A stretch of 64,000 nucleotides of DNA from Podarcis cretensis (taxonomy: Eukaryota): contig OX638152.1 of assembly GCA_951804945.1 (NCBI GenBank), positions 20,708,001 through 20,772,000 on the forward strand, read 5' to 3'. The translations under genes were made by a program, and so were the position numbers. Positions 13,501 through 22,100 of the stretch are shown here, piece by piece (the stretch's first letter is position 1; every line of letters starts with the position of its first letter). Under the pieces are notes generated by a model. The model worked only from the letters and a program-made list of their open reading frames with translations. It was not told where the DNA came from and did no database searches.

Positions 13501-15707
13501 AGCCACTGCTCACTCCACTCATTGCCAATTTTCTCCTTCCTCTTATTTAAGAAATCTGTCCTGCTGCAAGCTAGGAGGGAAGACAGATGACAGAACGTGA
13601 AGGGGATGGGCTGAATCTATATTCTGAGCTGGGGGGCAGGCAAGAGATGAAGGTTGCAACCTGGCTATCCCAAATGTATTTCAATGCATCATCCTAAATA
13701 TTTCTGCTATCTGGAATGTGGCAAGATTTTTGAGTGACACTATGAAATTACGTCACCATAGATCCTAAGAGCCATCTTCGTACCTCATGATGTTTGGACA
13801 GTTTTGTCCTAAAGTATCTCCTACCATGTTTCATTAACTGTGTTGTGTTCTGATCCATGCATATAATGCACTTTTTATGCCAATAAAGGAGATTGGTTGA
13901 ATATTTCTGCCACTGCTTCCATCTGCAATACCAGCATATTTGATTATATTACATTGGTGCATATTTAGTAAAAAAAACCCAACTGCTTCCAGGAAATTAA
14001 AATCCAATAGTCTGAATGTAGAACAATGGTGTGACTTGCACATAGCAACAGATACTGATTTGTGCAAGCATTTGGCTATATGTGTAGTAAGAAATCTAAT
14101 GGTAAGTATCTCTTTGTAGGTAACACAGGTTCTTACCACACATAAAACAAAACATGCTTTTCCAATGTGTAGGACATGGCCCTGAGAAACTCATGGCCTA
14201 ACACCCAGACAGACTTTATACTAGATATATGAGAATATCTAGAGTTTGGTAGCATAAGCAGAATTATTACCCTAATTTATGGAACAAATAGTTGTTCTTT
14301 GTCTGACATAAAAGCCACTAAATCAAGGTTTCTCAAAGCAGTGCAAAATACAGTATAGGTTGATGGGGCGGTGCAGGGAGGGTTGTTCATGTGCCTTCCC
14401 AGAACTGAGTGTCATTGCCAGTTCCTGAGAGGAAGAGGCCTAGGGAGCTCAGCATGCTGTGAAGCCAATCCAGTGCTCCTGCAAGCATACCCAGACTGCG
14501 CTGTGGTTCCCACTCATCTCAAGGACCAGCAGCAATCATTGGTGTTGGGAAGGCACATGACCAACACTGCTCTGCCCTGTCCATGTTGCCCAACTGACTG
14601 CTACTGTTCAAATAAGAGTAGCATGCAAAATAAGGTAGCAATGAAAGGTTGCATTAAGCGCTTCCTTGGAGGTCACATATACACCATAATTTCAGAGCAC
14701 TTGTATACTACTTCAGCAGTAATGCAGAATCCTGGGAAGTGCAGCTTGTTAAGGGTGCTGAGAAGTAACTCTGGAGGGTAATTTGAAGAACTGTTTCCCT
14801 GAATCTTAGTTTACATTAGAGAAAGCGGTTGAGATATATAATAGAGATGGGTGAGACCTTGGTATAGATGCTATGGTGGAAGCCAAATGGGAGATCTTTG
14901 GAAGTCAGACTGTGCTCCTGCAGTGGTGGTTGCATCTTTCTGTTGTATAGAAATCGCATATGTGACATGCAGAGGATAAGTAGATAGAACTTTAGGGATT
15001 GAGTTGATCTCTGGACAGATAAAGCACACAGGCATTTCTGTCACAGGGAAATGGTCTCACAGGAGAAGTGAACGTATGCACCTTGGAGCAGAGACCTATC
15101 CTGTTACTCTGAAAATACTGTACAAACATGAACACACCACTATAAAAGCATCAAGTGATTCATTCCGCTGCATGGAGCAAGTTGGAAATAGTAGGTGGGG
15201 GAACCTCCTCTCTTCAGAGATGCTGTCAAAGTCTGGCATCATAAACCAGCACAACATGACCCAGTTATGACACAGCTTGGCAAGAGCTTAGAGAGGAAGA
15301 GCTACAGCACATATTTTGCACACATAACGTCCCACATTAAACCACTGGCGTCATCGAACAAGGTTGGGAAATGCCCATTCAAAACCATGGAGATCTGCTG
15401 CCGGTCTTGGTAGACAATACTAAGCTACATGGAGGAATGGTCTGACTCTGCATTAGCTGGCTTCTGATGAGGCAATGCCAATTCAAGATCTACAAGCTGG
15501 GGACACAAAGTGAATCAAGTCTATACATGAGATAGGGCCTGGCTGGTGGTGCAAAAAAAAGGCTGTTGGTGTTTCTGTTCAGAACCAGCGCCGCAAGACA
15601 AGCAGGCACAACTTTTTGACAAAGGCCTACTGCAGCATTATACATTGCTTGATAGAAGAACTACAGCTGCACGTTTGCAGCACTGCTTCAGTGGTACACA
15701 CGGGAAG

Positions 15708-15740
<33 letters not shown>

Positions 15741-16387
15741 CGCATGTGTGTATGCGAAGGATGCCTGTGCCCCAAGAAACATACCAAGTTTTGCTCAGGG
15801 TGGGGCAGAGTTAAAACATAAGGGTGAAAAATGAAAGGACATGCATAACCTGCAATAAATTATTGAAGCTTCACTTTGCGCAAGGATAGGGTACAGCCTG
15901 GCATATGTGTCAGAAAAGGTGAGGTGCAAACATAGGAGCCAACTAGGGACCAGAGGTCCCTTCAGCCCACCCAATAAAATATTTGAGGGGAACGCCACCC
16001 CAAATTGTAGGCCATTGCCATTCAAATAGCATTCATGTGCCTCATCATGTGATTATGTGGGAAGGGGCTGACCTGCCCCCCCCAAATATTTAAGATGGCA
16101 CCCCTGGGTGCAAATGCAAGAGGGGAGGGGAACCCCCCTCGCTAAAGGCTGCCTTTCTGGTATCACAAAAGACCCTCTCCCGCCTTGTGTCACCAAGGCA
16201 ACGGTGAGGAGGGGAAAAAAGAAGGCGCTCGGTCCCCACCCCGGTTACCCCCCCCCCGCCGCCGCCGCCGCAGAACTGGGCCCGTCCGCCGCCGCGGTGG
16301 CTGTTGGTACCTGCTGATTTTGCACTTCTTGAGGCCCGTCTCGTCCCCCGCCTGCCCCGAGGATTTGCGCTTCTTCTTCACGGGCAT
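4492..16387 (-). CDS. DCUN1D5: DCN1-like protein 5 (neddylation co-E3), complete spliced CDS, 8 exons, 234 aa
   Basis: Exons 16311-16387, 11305-11396, 10188-10258, 7621-7712, 6784-6892, 6596-6700, 5603-5705 and 4492-4547 join in frame (705 nt) with GT-AG introns. Translation [10 protein letters not shown]...SYCRSQ...[18 protein letters not shown]...[18 protein letters not shown] matches recalled DCUN1D5 (PONY domain). Confidence 0.97.
4781..5150 (-). mobile_element. Sauria SINE, full length
   Basis: tRNA-like head GGGACGCAGGTGGTGCT, (ACCTTT)-like tail, TSD TAGGCATATA at 4771-4780 and 5151-5160. Confidence 0.92.
5603..5705 (-). CDS. DCUN1D5: DCUN1D5 exon 7
   Basis: [34 protein letters not shown]; 103 nt; CAGCAG tandem acceptor. 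Confidence 0.95.
6596..6700 (-). CDS. DCUN1D5: DCUN1D5 exon 6
   Basis: [35 protein letters not shown]; 105 nt. Confidence 0.95.
6784..6892 (-). CDS. DCUN1D5: DCUN1D5 exon 5
   Basis: [36 protein letters not shown]; 109 nt. Confidence 0.95.
7621..7712 (-). CDS. DCUN1D5: DCUN1D5 exon 4
   Basis: [30 protein letters not shown]; 92 nt. Confidence 0.95.
7780..9050 (+). mobile_element. L2 LINE 3' fragment, interrupted by a solo LTR
   Basis: Remnant [15 protein letters not shown] resembles the L2 ORF2 C-terminus; T-rich 3' UTR and AAT-rich tail resume after 8970. Confidence 0.6.
8141..8965 (-). mobile_element. Solo LTR (825 bp) containing a long ORF
   Basis: TGTCAGGG...CCCTGACA termini; 5-bp TSD GTTGT at 8136-8140 and 8966-8970; AATAAA on the minus strand at 8208-8213. 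Confidence 0.88.
10188..10258 (-). CDS. DCUN1D5: DCUN1D5 exon 3
   Basis: [23 protein letters not shown]; donor GTAAGT; 71 nt. Confidence 0.95.
11305..11396 (-). CDS. DCUN1D5: DCUN1D5 exon 2
   Basis: [30 protein letters not shown]; AG/GT boundaries; 92 nt. Confidence 0.95.
15708..15756. repeat. (GT)n(GC)n alternating purine-pyrimidine tract
   Basis: GTGTGT...GCGCGCGCGCGCATGTGTGTATGCG. Confidence 0.9.
15931..16106. mobile_element. hAT-type MITE (176 bp)
   Basis: Imperfect TIRs CATAGGAGCCAACT / AGATGGCACCCCTG; perfect 8-bp TSD GGTGCAAA. Confidence 0.8.
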
Positions 16388-17000
16388 CTCCCTGGGTTCG
16401 CCCCGGACGGGGGCGCGGAGGCGGAGGGCCGCGGGGCCCCTGGGCAGGGGGGAGGGAGCCGCCGCCTCTTCCTTCCCTCGCGGCTGAGGAGGAGGAGGAG
16501 GAGGCGGAGGTGGCGGCGGAGAAGCTGCCGGTGCCGTCGCGGCTCTTGCCTTCCTTCCCCTCAGCTCGTCGTCGTCACCGCCGCCGCCGCCGCGCCTGGT
16601 AGATTCAGGTGTGGGAAGGGGGGGAATATGGGGGGGGGAGCGAAAGAAAGAGCTTTCCTGAGGGAGAAGCAGCGGCGGCGGCGGCGGCGGCGGCAACGCC
16701 GGTAAAGAGCGGAAGAGGAGGAGGAGAAGGAGGAGACGCGCCGCGCCGCGCCGGAGAGGCGGGAGCAGGAAGTGACAGAGGCGCGCCTCGAACGCGAGCG
16801 CGCGCGCCTCGCAGCGAAGGCTCGTCCAGCCTGCCCCCGTCGCCGGGCGGAGCTAACAGACGGGGGCGGAGCCAGCACTCTGGCCCCGCCCCGCCTGGGG
16901 GGTGGGAGGTCGTGACGCAGCCCGCCTCAGGGCCGCTGAGGGGACAGCGGGGCGTTGTGAGCCGACAATAAGCGTGCGCTTCGCCCAGCTCCCCTCTCCC
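16150..17000. promoter_or_regulatory. CpG island / DCUN1D5 promoter and 5' UTR
   Basis: Very GC- and CpG-rich; GC boxes GGGGCGGAGC (~16863) and GCCCCGCCCC (~16883); ETS-like CAGGAAGTG (~16766); GCG and GGA triplet runs. Confidence 0.85.
16311..16387 (-). CDS. DCUN1D5: DCUN1D5 exon 1 (coding part)
   Basis: ATG at 16387; [25 protein letters not shown] (basic NLS-like); donor AG|GTACC. Confidence 0.95.
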
Positions 17001-18291
17001 GCTATAATATTATAAAAATAAATTTGCGTGTGTGTGTGTATTTTAAGGACTCGAGCCACCCCCCCCCCTTAATTAAGCAGCACCGCTAGCCGTAGGCATG
17101 TTTACTCAGGAGCAAGCCCAGTGGAGGTCAAGGGAAGACGGTGTTACACCCCAAGGAAATGGCGTCAGGGCATCGCATCTGAGGGGAAGCGAGCTGTAGC
17201 CCGCTCTCTGGCCGCTTTGAACTACAACTCCCATAAGCCTGCCTGGGGGACGGGGGCTGATGGGAGTTGTAGTCCAAAGTGGCTGGCAAAGACTGGCTTA
17301 TGTCATCATAATAATCTTGCTGCAGGCAAGCTTCAGTCTGCCCCAAGGTCCCCAGGGGGAAGCAGCATCTGAAGCCCAGGCGGCTCCTGCTGGTCAGGGT
17401 GGAAAGTGAGGTGTGGGCTGCCTTGTTTTCTTTTTCCCCCTTAGCCTTAGCAGCGCCGGATTGAGGGTGCTGCGGGCAGTTCCCCCACATACAGTGCGCC
17501 GTGCCCAGGCGGTACAAAATAGCAATAGGAAGAATATTCGTGTAAAAAGCAAATTACAAAAGGACTTACAGTACAGTACTGTGAAAATAAGAAATATTTT
17601 TTTTGGCGGGGGCAAATTTTGTCCTCGCTCAGGGCGCCGCATCGCTAAAGTCCACCCCGGCCTCACAATCCGGTGGCTTCTGAGCCAGCCCAGCTCTGCC
17701 TTGCACCTGAAAAGGCCACTTTCGGGGCTACCACCAACTAGACCCCCAATATGATTAGGCAGTGCTCGGGGCTTCACCACAGCATAACAATCAGTGATGG
17801 TCCTCTCCATAAGCGGAGAGGGTCGTGAGCTTCATTCTGGCTGCCTGCCATTCGTCAACCTCTGCGAGTTAACAATTGCAACTTAGTTGCCACAAGAGTT
17901 TATGTTGTTCAGGAAACAGCATGTTGGTTACTCATTCAATGATGCAAACTCGCAGTACGATTGTTTGTTTTTTTAAAAAAAACTTTTTAAGAGAAAACAA
18001 TCCATTCCGTTAAACTGTTGTTTAACATAAATAAATAAAAACCAACGACAACCCAGCAGTTCCCTCGGGCTGTTTCCGGAGTAGCAAACGGGAGGCTTGA
18101 TACACTAGCCCTGGGCGATCCGAGCCCCCCGCTTGCTTTCGTATTTCACGTGGCGCGCAGAACCGGCCTGGCCTGGCGATTGCCGATCTCGCGTTCTGGA
18201 AAGCGGCCGTCGTTTGCTCTGGCCTGGGAAGGCGCGCGCGCACGCGCAGACGGCTTCCAGTGGGGTGGGTTGGCGGCCATTTTCGCCCCGC

Positions 18292-18305
18292 GTTACCATA
18301 GCAAC
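18292..18305 (+). promoter_or_regulatory. RFX X-box
   Basis: GTTACCATAGCAAC fits the GTNRCC-N(0-3)-RGYAAC consensus, about 390 bp upstream of the ATG of a ciliary gene. Confidence 0.85.
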
Positions 18306-18692
18306 CGGGCCTCGCATCGCCGCCTGGCCTCACAACCCGGCTTCTCTCCTGTCTCTTGAGGCTGGGCCGTGTAGTAGCGGCTCTTTCGCCCCCCCCCTCC
18401 CCACGCCACCCACCCGCCTCTCAGAGAACCGCTCCCTGCTTGGTATCCGTTGTCGGGCCCCTTTCCCCTTCGACACCGGTTTCAGGACAGCTTTTATTTT
18501 GAATATTACTTAAATAGCCTTCACCGCCCACTTTCGTTTCTTATCGTGAGGCAATCCTAACAAGCCCTGGAAAATTGTCCCCCCCCCCCGTCTCTTTCTC
18601 CAGATCCCGGGTCGAGTCCCGAGCATGATGCCCGTCTGAAGAGCTTTCCTCCTCCCAGGTTCCCCGAGCCTCCCGCGCTTCTGCCGGCCGCC

Positions 18693-18896
18693 ATGCCTCT
18701 GGACGGGGACGGCGATGGAGACAAGAGGAAGATCTTCATTTCGGCCACGGCCGCCAACTACTTCGGTCTGTCGTCGTCCGCCAGCCTCGCCCCGCTCTCG
18801 GGCGGCCCCGAGCTGGCCAACTTCTTGGACGACGGCAACGAGTTCCTGCTGTGCGTGCAGCACTCGGAGGACCGCCAGATCGTGGTCTCCAACAGG
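18693..18896 (+). CDS. DYNC2H1: DYNC2H1 exon 1 (coding)
   Basis: GCCGCCATG; [26 protein letters not shown]...VVSNR; donor GTACGG. Confidence 0.92.
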
Positions 18897-19129
18897 GTAC
18901 GGGCTTGCCTTCCTGAGCAGCAGCTGCGGCTCCGAGCAACGCAAGTCGGCGGAGCCCCGTGGAATCCAAGGGGGATCACCCCTCCCCCGAGTTTAGGATC
19001 GCACCGGCGCTTGGGGCAGGATGGCTTGAAAAAGTTGGGGTTGCTCCCAAGAAACAAGCCAGGAGCAAAACGAGGCTTTATTTCAGCCGGGCCAGACACC
19101 CAGTTTGGCACCCTTCCTTGCACATTTGT

Positions 19130-19162
<33 letters not shown>

Positions 19163-22100
19163 GGCTGGGAGCCCCAGTGGTGTTCCTCTGGAGACTTCAT
19201 CTGGGGCAACCCCCCCCCCCCCCGGCCAAATGTAGCTTTGGCTTCCTAGGATTGCACTGTTAGACTGCAGCCTGCTATACAGCAGGGATAGCCCAGTTGG
19301 TAGAGCACAAGAGTCTTAAATCTGAGGGTTGTTGGGCAATGCAGAAACCTTGTGGTCCCTTCTCCCTCTGCAATTCTATGATTCTTTGGCATCCTGTGAA
19401 CTGAGGGTGAGAGGAGGATTGCAACTTTGTAGCATGTTTGCATGTTTTGAGGATCCCCTTGTGAATCCAGGCTTCTAGGCACTTGAATGCTGAGATACTA
19501 TCCGGTATGCCTCTTACAAGTCTGCCACTCTGCCCTGCCAGGGCTCCTGTGCTTTTAACCGCTGGGCGTATGACTGACAAGTGGAGATTTGACAGAGGAC
19601 GTTTTTCTTCCCTCACTACTTTTTCAGTTGAATTGAACCTGGAAACTGGCGGAGTCAGGCCAGAATCGATGTAATACACTCAGGCTTTCTGATTCTGATC
19701 AATAATCTGGTTGCTGAATTCTGCACTAGCTGTAATTTCTGGACTTTCATCAAAGGCAGCCCCACATGTAATGCACTGCAGTAATATAAGAGAGAGATTA
19801 GATTACAGCAATAAAACATCCAAGTATACCACAGTGTGTGATGTATGATCCAGTTACTTAACAGACTAGAGAAATGGGTGTTCAGAACTGCCTGAGCAGG
19901 TGCTCATCCTTTGTGGATAGATAGACTGAGGCTGTGTGCATTCTCATTTAGTATTTTATAGGAGGCCTACAAATTCCCCTGAAATTAATGGATCTTAGAC
20001 TGTAGTGCTGCAGTGCTTAGACTGTACACCTATTTTAATCTGTTTCCACTGTTTTTATTGCATACGTATAAGCTGAGGTGGGCAGAAGGAAGTTGGCCAT
20101 GGCCACCTTCAGTTGGATCACATGTTGCATATTATTTGTTGGAATTCTTATAAAGAATGCAGAACTAGATGGTCAGGTCCAGCAAAACAAGTCACATGGT
20201 TAAGCAAAAAGACTCACACTTTTGTTTTTTTAAAGGAGGAAAAAATAGCAGGTTGCAGATCATGGGAAAAACCTCTGCTTAACACTCTAGAGACTGGGCT
20301 AGTTAGACAAATAATCTTCCCTGGTATAAAATAGCTGCATTGACACAAATTAGCTGCAGTTTAATTGATAAGTGATCTTGAGCATTCATGGTTTATACAT
20401 TCCAAACCATTGGAAAACTATTGGGATTTTAGCAAAACAAAAAAGCAAATTACAAACCTGAAGTGAGTCTTCCCATATGCTGTACAAAACACTCAGGCAA
20501 CATACTACTGATTCTTGTATATAATGTAGAGCAGTGGTTCCCAAACTGCTCTGTGAAGCATCTCCAGTGCTCTGTGAAGAGATTAGAAAGAACAATGCAC
20601 ATACATGCCTTTGGCATAAGAGCAACAGTAGTGCTTTGTGACAAATTTCCCTCCAGAAAAGTGCTCTGTGACTAAAGTTTGGGAACCGCTGATATAGAGT
20701 ATGAGCAAGAAGCACGTCACTATACTTGTAATTTACATTTACTATAATTTTAGTGGCTTATAAATACTACCACTTTGGTTAATAAGTTTTCTTCTTTAGA
20801 CTATATGAATATTTGTGTTTCTTGATTGTATAGGTTGAAGCTGGCAGTTCAGAAGACAGAATGCTGGTATTCTTCAAACTACGACCAGATATAATCACAG
20901 AAGAGAACCTTCATAGCAATATTCTTGTATCATCTATGCTAGATTCTCCTATAAATATGCTTTATCAGGCAGTACGGCAGGTATTTGCACCAGTATTGTT
21001 GAGGGTGAGTAATGCAATATTCAACTTATTTCAATACACATGCAGGTTTGTTTGTTTTTTTGCTGCTATTTTACTATGGTCTGGTTCACACTTCACATTA
21101 AACCGTAGTGGGTTTTTTTTTAAAAAAAAAATTCTTTAATGTGAATGAGTTGAAGTTCCTGAATAGCTCCTCCACTACTCCTTCCACACTGGGGATGAAA
21201 CAAATCAGAGGCTGGCTTTATGTTTCCCTTAAACAAACCACATTTTGGGAATCCAAGGTTTGTTCTTGGCCTCCTGACTCTGGTTGGTTTGATGAAAACA
21301 AACCATGAGTTCTGCTTTGCACATAATGTGAAGTCAGCATCTAGTTTACTTCTTCCTTGACATAGCAAGAGGAACAGAAGAGTGGCTTGGAAACTCTTGA
21401 GTAATGTGCAGAACAGTGCTCTGGGTGATGCCTTATCCCCTGGCAGGATGGATGTTTGCAAGAGAGCTTGTCTCTCCCATCTCTCCACTCCTAAGGGCCA
21501 GTAAAGTTCTGCCCCAGGACCTTTGCCCCTCCAGCTCCACCACAAGACCATGGAGAGTTTTTATGCAAGGAGGAGAAGTTTGTGTTTTGTTTGGGAGCGG
21601 ATAGGGTAGAGCTGATAGGACCAAGATGAGGTGGTGGAAGATCAGAGAGGACAAAGGTGCATTCATTAAGTCAAGATACGACTAGGGCATAAACCAAAGT
21701 TTTTCCTGCATAGATAGAGGATGAGGCCATATTTTTGCAGTGTTGTAAAGAGGAAAGTGGTGCAACCTTGCAACAAATAATGGGAACAAAGGAGGGAGAG
21801 GCAGAGCTTTTACCTGTTCAGCATGGTGATATTGTTAAATTAAATTAAAATACTCAAGAAGAAGGAGACGAGGGAAGATTAGAAGTTTAGTCTTGAGCTT
21901 GAGATGACAATGTAGCATCCAAATGGAAGTGTCACAGGGGCAGAGGTGATGGAGATGATGAGAGAAAGGTCTGGGGTAGACAGGTTGAACTGGATGATGT
22001 GTATATGTGGTACAGAAAGCCATGATTTTATGAGCTCACCTCTGAAGAGTGTGTAGTGAGAAAAGCAGAATAAAATTCTGGGGGACTAGTAGAGGGAGGG

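Larger units (their letters stand above)
18060..19010. promoter_or_regulatory. CpG island / DYNC2H1 promoter and exon 1
   Basis: CpG-dense; E-box CACGTG 18147-18152; NRF1-like GCGCGCGCACGCGC (~18232); YY1-like GCGGCCATTTT 18273-18283. Confidence 0.85.

Noticed and set aside
16108-16971. Multiple Arg/Pro/Ala-rich ORFs
   Set aside because: CpG-island composition artefacts; only the frame containing MPVKKK is supported.
18897-19235. Extension of the DYNC2H1 exon 1 ORF to 180 aa
   Set aside because: Intron read-through past the GT donor into a (CA)n repeat.
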